From: Clostridiales bacterium | GTDB taxonomy: Bacteria > Bacillota > Clostridia > Oscillospirales > Acutalibacteraceae | Reading direction: 5' to 3' | Assembly (NCBI GenBank): GCA_024684435.1 | Contig: JAIKWV010000035.1 | Location: 4,343 to 68,342 of the forward strand | DNA length: 64,000 nucleotides | Part shown: positions 1-7,906 of the stretch, one piece after another | How the letters are laid out: each line of letters begins with the position of its first letter | How positions within the stretch are numbered: the first letter of the stretch is position 1 | Made by a program: the position numbers and the translations under genes | The notes under the pieces: model-generated | Databases searched by the model: none | What the model saw: only the letters and a program-made list of their open reading frames with translations | Told to the model about the DNA's origin: nothing

Positions 1-12
1 CCGCTGTTTCAA

Positions 13-603
13 TTAAAAATATCTTATCAAAGACACTACCTTGCCGAGAATTATGACCTCGTTGACTATAATAGGTTCATAGGCGTCGTTTTCCGGCTGA
101 AGCCTGAAATGCCCGTCTTCTTTATAAAATGTCTTCACCGTTGCCTCGTCCTCAATAAGGGCGACAACAATGTCCCCGTTGCGGGCGCTGGGTGTTTTTT
201 CAACAATGACAATATCCCCGTCAAGAATGCCTGCGTTGAGCATGCTCTCGCCGCGCACATGCAGAGCAAACAGGGATTTATCGTTTGCATACTTGCCGGA
301 AAACGGCAAATAGCTTTCTATCTGCTCAACGGCAAGGATGGGAGAACCGGCAGTAACAGTACCCAAAAGAGGTACGTTTGTAACGTTTTCCGCCTGACCA
401 ACAATTCTTATGGAACGCTTGAGAAGCGGGTCGCGGGAAATGTAACCCGCCTCCTCCAGCGCGTTAAGATTTGCCTGAACAGAGGATGTGGACTTAAGCC
501 CAACCGCACTGGCTATTTCCCTGACTGAAGGCGGAACGCCGTCCTGAAGCTTTTCGATAAGGTAATCGTAAATGCGACGCTGAGTTTCACTGATCGTACC
601 CAT
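13..603 (-). CDS. lexA: LexA repressor (SOS regulator, S24 self-cleaving peptidase)
   Basis: 196-aa ORF. N-terminal winged helix (PSVREIASAVGLKSTSSVQANLNALEEAGYI). Ala-Gly cleavage site in VTAGSP. Catalytic Ser in GESML and Lys in VKTF. GGAGG lies 8 nt upstream of the ATG. Confidence 0.95.
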   Translation of the reverse strand: MGTISETQRRIYDYLIEKLQDGVPPSVREIASAVGLKSTSSVQANLNALEEAGYISRDPLLKRSIRIVGQAENVTNVPLLGTVTAGSPILAVEQIESYLPFSGKYANDKSLFALHVRGESMLNAGILDGDIVIVEKTPSARNGDIVVALIEDEATVKTFYKEDGHFRLQPENDAYEPIIVNEVIILGKVVSLIRYF

Positions 604-644
604 AGTATTAACCTCCGAAAAAGTATTTTTCTATACTATAGGTT

Positions 645-673
645 ATTATATCACATTTATCCGGCAAATGCAA
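645..673 (-). promoter_or_regulatory. candidate sigma-A promoter of lexA
   Basis: Minus strand reads TTGCAT-N17-TATAAT. The -10 element ends about 42 nt upstream of the lexA ATG. Confidence 0.5.
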
Positions 674-685
674 ACATTTGTTTGC
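670..685. promoter_or_regulatory. candidate LexA operator (SOS/Cheo-box-like palindrome)
   Basis: Perfect inverted repeat GCAAAC-ATTT-GTTTGC. It resembles the Gram-positive CGAAC-N4-GTTCG box with AAAC/GTTT arms and overlaps the -35 of the lexA promoter. Confidence 0.55.
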
Positions 686-735
686 TGAAATGTAAAAATA
701 TTTTTTATTTGGAAAATCGAACGAAAACAGTATTT

Positions 736-1680
736 TCAGTTTTTGTATTGATAGCAGCGTACATAGTCCACGATCATTGATGAAGGGATGTATTGGTTGG
801 TCATAATATTGTCGTCTACGCCAACGGAGATTATAAGATACAGCGGGACCTGACAAACGCCTCCGAAACTTGTTCTTGCCGTTTCAATACCGTTGATGTA
901 GAAAATATATTCCTCACTGTTCCATTCCACACCGTAGGTGTTGAATTTATTATAGGGATCGTCCGCATAATATGAACCCTGATTTTCCGCTCTGTGGGCT
1001 TCCTCATATGAATCTATATGGATGGTATGATAAACTGAGCCGAATTCCTTGTTGTTTACATCATATTTCGTATTCGTTTCAAAGATATCCACCTCGGCGC
1101 CGCTCACACCGCCGTCAGTATCGTCCGCCCACATGCCGTCTGTAAGTAGCCAGAACGCCGGGTTAATACCCGTACCCTTTGGCAGGATGCAACGCATCTC
1201 GAAATATCCGTACAGTTGCTCGTAGCCTGTATGATCCCCGGAATAGTTCTTGTTGGGGTTGGTCTCCATACCGTAGGAATAATACCCCGGACCCGCGGGA
1301 CCGTTTTCCTTATAATCAACCGTAAGCTTGAGACAGCCGTCATCGGTAAAGCTGACCTGTCCCCTGTTCCAGTATGCTGTATCTCTTATCTGAGTATCAT
1401 CTGCGCCGTAGACGTAATGACCCTGCCAGATCTTTGTGTCGAACCCGTGGTCAAATTCATCCGACCATACCAGCTCGAATTTATCCATATCTATCTTGTC
1501 CTTGTACGGTGTTACGGGGGTATCGAAAACAAAAGCGCACATCAGCTGACCCAGTACGGTAAAAAGCGCAATGACCTTTTTTAAGTCCCCGGGATCTTTG
1601 AATATCTTGCCCAAAACAATAAATATTTCTGAAAAAGCGACAAGCTGCCTTTTGGCAAAAAACGATGAAAGACTGCGCAT
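736..1680 (-). CDS. membrane-anchored glycoside hydrolase family 16 (beta-glucanase/laminarinase-like)
   Basis: GH16 catalytic motif ExDxxE is present as EVDIFE. N-terminal hydrophobic anchor VIALFTVLGQLMCAFVF. ORF track starts at 1695; start moved to ATG 1680 (MRSLSS) because GGAGGTG sits 8 nt upstream. Confidence 0.85.
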   Translation of the reverse strand: MRSLSSFFAKRQLVAFSEIFIVLGKIFKDPGDLKKVIALFTVLGQLMCAFVFDTPVTPYKDKIDMDKFELVWSDEFDHGFDTKIWQGHYVYGADDTQIRDTAYWNRGQVSFTDDGCLKLTVDYKENGPAGPGYYSYGMETNPNKNYSGDHTGYEQLYGYFEMRCILPKGTGINPAFWLLTDGMWADDTDGGVSGAEVDIFETNTKYDVNNKEFGSVYHTIHIDSYEEAHRAENQGSYYADDPYNKFNTYGVEWNSEEYIFYINGIETARTSFGGVCQVPLYLIISVGVDDNIMTNQYIPSSMIVDYVRCYQYKN

Positions 1681-1717
1681 CCGACACACCTCCATACACT
1701 TAAAAGTTTATGTTTTT

Positions 1718-1746
1718 ATCATATGATAAAAATGGCGAACTGTCAA
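1718..1746 (-). promoter_or_regulatory. sigma-A promoter of the GH16 gene
   Basis: Minus strand reads TTGACA-N17-TATGAT. Confidence 0.6.
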
Positions 1747-1786
1747 GAGCGGATAAACCCTATTTTAACGGCATACACTTTTATTG

Positions 1787-1815
1787 TTGACAAATATACA
1801 GCTGTCGGTTATAAT
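1787..1815 (+). promoter_or_regulatory. consensus sigma-A promoter of tRNA-Leu
   Basis: TTGACA (1787-1792), 17-nt spacer, TATAAT (1810-1815), about 34 nt upstream of the tRNA 5' end. Confidence 0.75.
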
Positions 1816-1848
1816 ATAGCAGTCGATTGATTCTTATCAAGTCGATAC

Positions 1849-1935
1849 GCCGGTGTGGCGGAATAGGCAGACGCAAGGGACTTAAAATCCCTCGCTGGCA
1901 ACAGCGTACCGGTTCAAGTCCGGTCACCGGCACCA
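1849..1935 (+). tRNA. tRNA-Leu (anticodon UAA)
   Basis: 87 nt including an encoded CCA. Acceptor stem GCCGGTG/CACCGGC. Anticodon stem-loop AGGGA-CTTAAAA-TCCCT. Long variable arm CGCTGGCAACAGCG. T arm ACCGG-TTCAAGT-CCGGT. Confidence 0.95.
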
Positions 1936-1937
1936 AA

Positions 1938-1970
1938 ACAGGGCATTTTGCAAAATGCTCTGTTTTTCTT
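1938..1970 (+). terminator. intrinsic terminator after tRNA-Leu
   Basis: Hairpin ACAGGGCATTT/AAATGCTCTGT with one G-U pair, followed by TTTTCTT. Confidence 0.65.
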
Positions 1971-2048
1971 TATATTGCGCAAAACCGCTATAAATCAACG
2001 TTTCTTTGATTTATAACGCATTTTAACTATTTTCAAAATAAAAAATAC

Positions 2049-2097
2049 CGTTGCTCCCACGTTGCTCCCGGCTCATTTTTAATCGCTCGTTGCTCCC
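2049..2097 (+). repeat. three direct copies of CGTTGCTCCC
   Basis: Exact 10-mers at 2049-2058, 2060-2069 and 2088-2097, between the tRNA-Leu terminator and the AT-rich two-gene block. Confidence 0.8.
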
Positions 2098-2105
2098 ATT
2101 TTGCA

Positions 2106-2138
2106 ATAAAAAAAGCACCCTGCATACGCAAAGTGCTT
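2106..2138 (-). terminator. weak intrinsic terminator after the 80-aa ORF
   Basis: Minus strand: AAGCAC / 14-nt loop / GTGCTT, followed by TTTTT. Confidence 0.4.
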
Positions 2139-2148
2139 GAATCAAATG

Positions 2149-2391
2149 TTAAATTTGTTGATTATCTCTTTGTTTGCTAAGATACAATGATTTTATAATG
2201 ATTTGTTCAAAACTCACATTCTTTTTTGATATTATATAATCTAACAATTCTCTTTTATCATTATCGTTTTGAACATCAAGTAAAACACCAGCAACAAATT
2301 CCTCGTCATCGGATATTTTATACAACTCTTGCACAAGAGATTTACCTAAATCGTTTTTTTCTTCTCTTTGGATAATTTCTTTCAAAATCAT
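2149..2391 (-). CDS. hypothetical small acidic protein (possible partner or immunity protein of the upstream HExxH protein)
   Basis: 80-aa ORF. Its ATG overlaps the upstream stop in ATGA (4-nt overlap). Very AT-rich. No motif recognised. Confidence 0.55.
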   Translation of the reverse strand: MILKEIIQREEKNDLGKSLVQELYKISDDEEFVAGVLLDVQNDNDKRELLDYIISKKNVSFEQIIIKSLYLSKQRDNQQI

Positions 2392-3470
2392 TTGATTATC
2401 TTCTTTCCAATAATTCTATAATTGCCAAAGCCATTGTTTTCAACCGTATAAACATAATTTCCTATGCATTTTTTGAAGACGGCATGATTTGATTGCTCTA
2501 CCGTAAGATTTGTTGCAATTTCGCTCATTACATGGGCGTATTCATCTTTTGGAAGAATAATTGTTTCAAAAGATGATGTGCCGCGTTTTGCAAACTCTAA
2601 ACTCTCACCAGGTTTTAAGATTTTTGCAGACGAAACAGTTTTATTCTCAAGAAACGAAGAAAAAACTGGATCAATCAATTCTGTTTCGCCTTTTACATGA
2701 GCGACGAAACTTTCAGCAATATATTCACCATTACTTGAATTTGCATAACCGGAAATTTTAGGAGCATATGTGCTCATATTCCGACCGATAGCGTTATTTG
2801 TTGTAGCGTCAAGCGCTTCCCACTGAACATGATGTCCCATTTCGTGGGTAATATAATCACTCACGCTACCATCGCCTACCAAAGCCCTACCTGCGCGCTG
2901 ATAAGTTAAAGCTAAATCCAGCTGACTGCCAGAGAGATTGTCGATATTTTGCATGACTAATTTCCATGCTTCATCACTACGACGATTATACGCTGATAAG
3001 GTTTCGGCGTTTTTTAGTATATCCTTATTAAGAAATATACCATGTTCAACCGGATTGTATGCAGCTACGGCATCCGCACCGTCCTTGAATACTTTTTTCC
3101 CTTGTAAAGATGTTGGTGAAATAGTCCTTATACCGTTAAGTTTTGATAGATCATAATCCCTGTAAATATTGTAAAGAGCTTCATTGACCTCATTTGCGTG
3201 TTCAATCGAAATACCCTTATAAACAATTTCATTTTTGAAAGTTGGCGAATAGCCTGAGCCTACAAAACGCCTTGCGTACTCTTCGCACTCTTCAACAGTA
3301 TCAAATGGAACATACTTTACCGCTTCATTGTAACTGTTTTTGTTGAGTTTTTCAACCTCTTTCAAGGTCTTTTTCCGTTTATCTTCCCAGTATTTCAGCT
3401 TTTCCCTGTACTTTTTGACGTTCTCTGGGTCAACGGATCCGGCTTCAAGGCGCTTATACCGCTGCACCAT
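2388..3470 (-). CDS. HExxH zinc-metallopeptidase-like protein, probably the 3' remnant of a larger mobile-element (polyvalent/MuF-associated type) gene
   Basis: 360-aa ORF with ITHEMGHHVQW (HExxH). No SD before ATG 3470. The frame stays open for 34 more codons upstream (to 3572) without any start codon. More AT-rich than its neighbours. Confidence 0.6.
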   Translation of the reverse strand: MVQRYKRLEAGSVDPENVKKYREKLKYWEDKRKKTLKEVEKLNKNSYNEAVKYVPFDTVEECEEYARRFVGSGYSPTFKNEIVYKGISIEHANEVNEALYNIYRDYDLSKLNGIRTISPTSLQGKKVFKDGADAVAAYNPVEHGIFLNKDILKNAETLSAYNRRSDEAWKLVMQNIDNLSGSQLDLALTYQRAGRALVGDGSVSDYITHEMGHHVQWEALDATTNNAIGRNMSTYAPKISGYANSSNGEYIAESFVAHVKGETELIDPVFSSFLENKTVSSAKILKPGESLEFAKRGTSSFETIILPKDEYAHVMSEIATNLTVEQSNHAVFKKCIGNYVYTVENNGFGNYRIIGKKIIK

Positions 3471-3613
3471 GTTTTCAGCATGGGCGCTGTTTGCCTGATC
3501 GGAGCCGTAATCGTTGAGTTTGTTATCCTCGGTCTCGTAGTGGTTTATGTCTTCCAGCTCCGGGTATATAAGTCAAAAACACTGTTTAAAACATTTTGCA
3601 TGGGTGAAATATT

Positions 3614-4033
3614 ATGGATAATAATAAAATATCAGAATTTATCAAAAAGCAAAACGTCGCTTTTATCTGTTCTGTTGATGAAGACGGATTTCCCAATGTA
3701 AAAGCAATGCTGAAACCAAGAAAAATTGACGGATTACATCAGTTTTATTTTTCAACAAACACTTCTTCCATGAGAGTAAAACAGTATATAAACAACCCAA
3801 CCGCCTGCATTTATTTTTATCATAAGGGTTTAATTAAATATACAGGTGTTATGCTTAAGGGTAAAATGGAAGTGCTGACCGACCAGAAAACGAAAGATAT
3901 GATCTGGCGCAAAGGTGACACGATGTTTTATAAAGGCGGTGTTACCGATCCCGACTACTGTGTTTTGAGATTCACCGCCGAGAGAGGAAGATACTATTGT
4001 GATTTGAAAACAGAGGATTTTACAATTGAGTAA
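3614..4033 (+). CDS. pyridoxamine 5'-phosphate oxidase-family FMN-binding protein
   Basis: 139 aa. Sequence pattern typical of split-barrel PNPOx-like/general stress protein 26-type proteins (recollection of the family, no catalytic motif checked). SD GGGTGA upstream. Confidence 0.65.
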   Translation: MDNNKISEFIKKQNVAFICSVDEDGFPNVKAMLKPRKIDGLHQFYFSTNTSSMRVKQYINNPTACIYFYHKGLIKYTGVMLKGKMEVLTDQKTKDMIWRKGDTMFYKGGVTDPDYCVLRFTAERGRYYCDLKTEDFTIE

Positions 4034-4089
4034 TACAACATACAGCTTGTCACATAGATATGCTACTTTGCTTTTTTATAATCATAATG

Positions 4090-4124
4090 CACCCCTTTTG
4101 TCAGCAGGCAAAAGGGGTGTTTTT
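4090..4124 (+). terminator. intrinsic terminator of the PNPOx-family gene
   Basis: CACCCCTTTTG / 8-nt loop / CAAAAGGGGTG, followed by TTTTT. Confidence 0.8.
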
Positions 4125-4127
4125 CCA

Positions 4128-4163
4128 ACAGAAAACAGGGCTGTCATCTAACGTGACAGCCCC
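4128..4163 (-). terminator. intrinsic terminator of the GH31 gene
   Basis: GGGCTGTCA / 7-nt loop / TGACAGCCC. On the minus strand it is followed by TGTTTTCTG. Confidence 0.65.
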
Positions 4164-4168
4164 ATCTA

Positions 4169-6169
4169 TCAAAATTCGATTTTCCTTGTAAATTTTTCAA
4201 AATTCATTTCTCTGGTCGTACCGCCGTCGAAATATTGAATATACTCTACCCTTTCGTTTTCGTCAAATTTCAAGGGGGTCAGGGAGTCAAAGTCAACATC
4301 GTAACTGCTGCTGACGCTCCGCGCATCGGTAATTGGAAGAACGTGACCCGGTCTTACAAAGATAAGCACCTCATTAAGGGCGCATTCAATGTAATGATCG
4401 CCCTTTTCAAACACCTGTGTATCGTAATCCGTCTGGGAACGCATACGGTAAAGGCGCATTTTTTCAGGCAGATAAACATAACGACCCGTCCTGTTCTGCT
4501 CGCACACCGGAGCTATAAGTATCGAATCACCGACTATGAGTTCATCCTCCACTTCTTTTGCCCTCTTATCATCCTCATAGACAAAGGAAAGTGGCTTGAA
4601 ATACATATCGTCATTACAGGCGGTCTTCATGACCTCGCTGTAAATAAAGGGCAAAAGAGCGTAACGCAGCCTGACAAGATTCCTGAAATCATCAAGTTTT
4701 TCAAAGCGGTAAAATTCCTGATCCCTTGTGCCAAGAGCGGTATGATTTCTGAAAAGAGGCGAAAAAATACCGAAGGCAAGCCATCTCATCGCAAGGTCTT
4801 CCGTAGCATTGGAACCGAAACCGCCGATATCCGCGCCGGAATAGATGAACCCGCTCATATTCGCTTCCGCCGCCTGACGTACGTTCAGCTTAAGATGCTC
4901 CCACCATGAACGGTTATCTCCGTACCACATACCGGCATACCTGTGAAGCCCCACAAAAGTTGAGCGTGAGAATATCAACGTTCTCTCATTCGGCACAAGC
5001 CTTTCAAGCCCTTCCGCAGCCGCCTTTGACATTTTAAATCCAAATATATTGTGGAGCTTTTCGTTGCTTATAAGCTTCCCGTCTACGGTGTGATGGAAAT
5101 CCTTTGTATATTCTTCCCTCTGGCTGATTTTAGACAAAAGAGCCTGCATCTCCCAAAAAGCGCTGACGTCCAGATCTTTGTCCTTGTAATCCCCGATTTT
5201 ATCCATTACCATCTTCAGTCTGTCAAAGGAATAGAAGATCGAGGGCTCGTTCATATCGTTCCAGAAACCTCTTATGCCCATATCTGTAAGGAACTTGTAC
5301 TGATCGCCAAACCAGCGGGCGGCGTCATCATTCATAAAATCAGGAAAGACGCATTTTCCCGGCCACACCGCAAGATAGAAGGGCGTTTTGTCCGCCTTTT
5401 TACAGTAGTAGCCCTTTTCCATGCACTCCTCGAAAACAGGATCCCCCTCCTCCGCCTTTATGCCTGCGTCAATGATGGGCACAAGGTGGATGTGCTCTTT
5501 GTCCATCTCCGAGACAAACTCCGGAAATTTCGGGAATTTCTCCTCATCCACGGTAAAGTCCTTGTAATGATCCATGTAGTCGATGTCCATGGTTATCATG
5601 TCAATGGGCACATCCATCCGGCGGTAATTTTCCAGAACCGACCGAATATCCCCCTCGTTTTTATAACCCCAACGGCTCTGATTGAAGCCGAACGCCCAAA
5701 GAGGCGGAACATAGGATGAACCTGTGAGTTTACGCAGTTCCTTTACAAGACCCGTGAGAGTATCAGCCTCAAAGATGTAGGCGGTAAAGTTGCCGTCCCC
5801 CACGGTCACGGTCAGATCATCGCTCTTAGTGTAGCCTATGTCAAAGCTTGCAAAACCCGCCGTATCAATGAAAACGCCGAATTTTACCGCGCCGTCTATA
5901 AGCAGATATGTGTGTGAGCCGTAGAGCCTGCGTCTGTCCTCCACATGGAGGACTTCATCGGTGTTGAAAGCCTCATAGATCCAGCCGCGTTTGTTTATGC
6001 CGCGGACATTGGGGCCAAGGCCGTAAACCGCCGTATCATTGTCCATTTTAAAGTTCAGCACATTTCCATCTGAAACGGAAAAATAAGGAATATCCTCTGC
6101 CCTGCACTGTTCCGCCTCTGCAACTACGGCGCCTGTGGGGATCGGCGTACCGAAAACATATTTTTTCAT
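4169..6169 (-). CDS. glycoside hydrolase family 31 (alpha-glucosidase/alpha-xylosidase type)
   Basis: 666 aa. GH31 nucleophile signature GFWNDMNEPS. No signal peptide. Confidence 0.9.
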   Translation of the reverse strand: MKKYVFGTPIPTGAVVAEAEQCRAEDIPYFSVSDGNVLNFKMDNDTAVYGLGPNVRGINKRGWIYEAFNTDEVLHVEDRRRLYGSHTYLLIDGAVKFGVFIDTAGFASFDIGYTKSDDLTVTVGDGNFTAYIFEADTLTGLVKELRKLTGSSYVPPLWAFGFNQSRWGYKNEGDIRSVLENYRRMDVPIDMITMDIDYMDHYKDFTVDEEKFPKFPEFVSEMDKEHIHLVPIIDAGIKAEEGDPVFEECMEKGYYCKKADKTPFYLAVWPGKCVFPDFMNDDAARWFGDQYKFLTDMGIRGFWNDMNEPSIFYSFDRLKMVMDKIGDYKDKDLDVSAFWEMQALLSKISQREEYTKDFHHTVDGKLISNEKLHNIFGFKMSKAAAEGLERLVPNERTLIFSRSTFVGLHRYAGMWYGDNRSWWEHLKLNVRQAAEANMSGFIYSGADIGGFGSNATEDLAMRWLAFGIFSPLFRNHTALGTRDQEFYRFEKLDDFRNLVRLRYALLPFIYSEVMKTACNDDMYFKPLSFVYEDDKRAKEVEDELIVGDSILIAPVCEQNRTGRYVYLPEKMRLYRMRSQTDYDTQVFEKGDHYIECALNEVLIFVRPGHVLPITDARSVSSSYDVDFDSLTPLKFDENERVEYIQYFDGGTTREMNFEKFTRKIEF

Positions 6170-6206
6170 GTTTTTTCTCCTGAATATTAATTATTCTATA
6201 AAAACT

Positions 6207-6236
6207 AAAACCGAGTGTAAAAACATACACCCGGTT
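6207..6236 (-). terminator. intrinsic terminator of the rplU-prp-rpmA operon
   Basis: Minus strand: ACCGGGTGT / loop / ACACTCGGT (one G-U pair), followed by TTTT. Confidence 0.65.
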
Positions 6237-6251
6237 TAAATGTCTTAATAA

Positions 6252-6536
6252 TTACTGCTCAACAGCGTAAACGCTGACCTTTTTGCGATCCTTGCCAACG
6301 CGCTCAAACTTGACCTTACCGTCAATAAGAGCAAACAGGGTGTCGTCTGAACCCTTGCCTACGTTGTTGCCGGGATGGATGTGTGTACCGCGCTGTCTTA
6401 CAAGGATGTTGCCTGCAAGAACAAACTGACCGTCCGCTCTCTTAACGCCAAGTCTCTTGGACTCGGAATCACGGCCATTCTTTGTTGAACCCATTCCTTT
6501 TTTATGAGCAAAGCACTGTATATTTATTTTAAGCAT
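6252..6536 (-). CDS. rpmA: 50S ribosomal protein L27 with Firmicutes-type N-terminal propeptide
   Basis: Core [28 protein letters not shown]. 9-residue propeptide MLKINIQCF before AHKKG. Start taken at ATG 6536 rather than the ORF-track start 6551. Confidence 0.95.
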   Translation of the reverse strand: MLKINIQCFAHKKGMGSTKNGRDSESKRLGVKRADGQFVLAGNILVRQRGTHIHPGNNVGKGSDDTLFALIDGKVKFERVGKDRKKVSVYAVEQ

Positions 6537-6852
6537 TTTTTGACCCTCCATATATTACTTTTATGTTCTTCGGAAACTGCCCGGAAAGCTCTCTGATGTG
6601 AAGCTCAAAGCCTTTCAGCAAGTTTTGCAGCTCATCGCTGTCCTCCTGCAAAAGGAGCTTCATGTGCCCATCATCATCTGAAATCTCTGCCGGAGCCTTA
6701 TAAATCTCCGAAACGGTGTTAGCTGTCATATAAGCAGCGGATGAAACTGCGGCGCAGACAATATCTCTGCCCTTCTCAGCCGACCCGGAATGACCTGTGA
6801 TCTCAAAGCCTTTGTACCGACCGTCGCTGAGATAAAATCTAACCTTGATCAT
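6529..6852 (-). CDS. prp: ribosomal-processing cysteine protease Prp
   Basis: 107 aa, located between rplU and rpmA. His/Cys context GHSG...DIVCAAVS. Confidence 0.9.
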   Translation of the reverse strand: MIKVRFYLSDGRYKGFEITGHSGSAEKGRDIVCAAVSSAAYMTANTVSEIYKAPAEISDDDGHMKLLLQEDSDELQNLLKGFELHIRELSGQFPKNIKVIYGGSKNA

Positions 6853-7163
6853 TATGCGTTGATCGCGGAAATTTCAACCTTTGTATAGGGCTGTCTGTGA
6901 CCCAGCTTACGCTTTTCGTTCTTCTTGGGCTTGTAAGTCATAACAACGATCTTCTTAGCCTTGCCTGTCTTAACAGCCTTAGCTGCTACTGTAGCACCCT
7001 CAACATAAGGAGCGCCAACTGTGATACCGTCGTCTCCGCCGATCGCGATGACCTTATCAAATGTCACCTCTGCGCCGTCTTCAACGGCAAGCTTCTCAAC
7101 GAATACTGTGTCCCCGACCTGGACCTTATACTGTTTTCCACCGGTCTCGATAACTGCGTACAT
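6852..7163 (-). CDS. rplU: 50S ribosomal protein L21
   Basis: [25 protein letters not shown]. The ORF-track first codon (7166) is TTG, so ATG 7163 is used. Confidence 0.95.
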   Translation of the reverse strand: MYAVIETGGKQYKVQVGDTVFVEKLAVEDGAEVTFDKVIAIGGDDGITVGAPYVEGATVAAKAVKTGKAKKIVVMTYKPKKNEKRKLGHRQPYTKVEISAINA

Positions 7164-7260
7164 CAATAATTTACCTACCTTATTTTAGACTCGCTACTCC
7201 AAGGGCGGACAAAAAAGTCGCTTGAGGCATGGCAAAACCACACCGCCCTCCGTATGCGGC
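7164..7260 (-). promoter_or_regulatory. candidate L21 ribosomal-protein leader
   Basis: About 97-nt 5' leader between the promoter and rplU, with stem AGGGCGG...CCGCCCT enclosing about 40 nt. Its position matches the Firmicutes L21 leader. Not tested with a covariance model. Confidence 0.35.
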
Positions 7261-7266
7261 GAAGCT

Positions 7267-7295
7267 ATTATATCACGCCGATATCACGCTGTCAA
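7267..7295 (-). promoter_or_regulatory. consensus sigma-A promoter of the rplU operon
   Basis: Minus strand reads TTGACA-N17-TATAAT exactly. Confidence 0.75.
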
Positions 7296-7347
7296 CTGTT
7301 TTTTTGCTTAAATTCAAATTTAAATTTGATATTATTTAATAAAACAC

Positions 7348-7376
7348 TTGCAAATGCAAATGAGAACCATTATAAT
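7348..7376 (+). promoter_or_regulatory. sigma-A promoter of yajC
   Basis: TTGCAA (7348-7353), 17-nt spacer, TATAAT (7371-7376). Confidence 0.7.
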
Positions 7377-7413
7377 GTTAATGTTATATTTTAAACTTAG
7401 TTGGAGGTCAATT

Positions 7414-7854
7414 ATGAATTTACTCTCATTTATGCTTTTAGACCAGACTGCTCAGCAGACTCAGAGCCCTATCACAATGTTTGTACTCATCGGCGCTTTG
7501 CTTGCAATGATGTACTTTATGACCATCCGTCCTCAGAAGAAGAAGCAAAAAGAAGAACAGGCAATGCGCGACAATCTCCAGATAGGAGATGAAGTAACAA
7601 CAATAGGCGGCATCGTGGGCAAGATCGTCACCACAAAAGAGGACGTTCTGATCATCGAAACCGGCGCTGACAGGAACAAGATCAAGATCACCCGCTGGGC
7701 AATAAGTACCAACAACACCGCAAATGAAAGAGCTGAGGCAGAAAAAGAAGCTGCAAAGAAAGCTCAGGAGGAAGCCCGCCAGGCAAGGCTTGAAGAAGAA
7801 GGCAGCAAATCCACAAGAAAAAAGAGCAAGAAGAACAAAACAGAAGAAGAATAA
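7414..7854 (+). CDS. yajC: preprotein translocase subunit YajC with a long Lys/Glu-rich C-terminal tail
   Basis: YajC core FVLIGALLAMMYFMTIRPQKKKQKEEQAMRDNLQIGDEVTTIGGIVGKI. GGAGG 6 nt upstream of ATG 7414. The ORF-track start 7348 lies inside the promoter. Confidence 0.9.
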   Translation: MNLLSFMLLDQTAQQTQSPITMFVLIGALLAMMYFMTIRPQKKKQKEEQAMRDNLQIGDEVTTIGGIVGKIVTTKEDVLIIETGADRNKIKITRWAISTNNTANERAEAEKEAAKKAQEEARQARLEEEGSKSTRKKSKKNKTEEE

Positions 7855-7864
7855 AATTCAAAAG

Positions 7865-7906
7865 CCCCTCATATTATTTACAAATATAATATGAGGGGTA
7901 TTTTTA
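7865..7906 (+). terminator. intrinsic terminator of yajC whose 3' arm contains the SD of the next gene
   Basis: Perfect 13-bp stem CCCCTCATATTAT (7865-7877) / ATAATATGAGGGG (7886-7898), 8-nt loop, then TATTTTTA. Confidence 0.8.

Noticed and set aside
109-528. 139-aa ORF antisense to lexA, plus similar antisense ORFs at 4235-4909, 5051-5719, 37303-37923, 45419-46267, 47936-48892, 53035-53643 and 43035-43592
   Set aside because: All lie entirely inside strongly supported genes on the opposite strand. They lack SD sequences and recognisable motifs, and have low-complexity or Arg/Ser/Leu-rich translations typical of antisense frames.
713-725. Second LexA half-site (CGAACGAAAACAG)
   Set aside because: Only one CGAAC arm is present and the partner arm is ACAG, so it is not a palindrome.
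1827-2009. 60-aa ORF overlapping tRNA-Leu
   Set aside because: It lies on the tRNA gene and its terminator, so it is an ORF-finder artefact.
1936-3613. Intact integrated element with att duplication of the tRNA-Leu 3' end
   Set aside because: There is no integrase or recombinase gene, and no second copy of the tRNA 3' segment (..GGTCACCGGCACCA) near 3470-3613. Only a remnant is supported.
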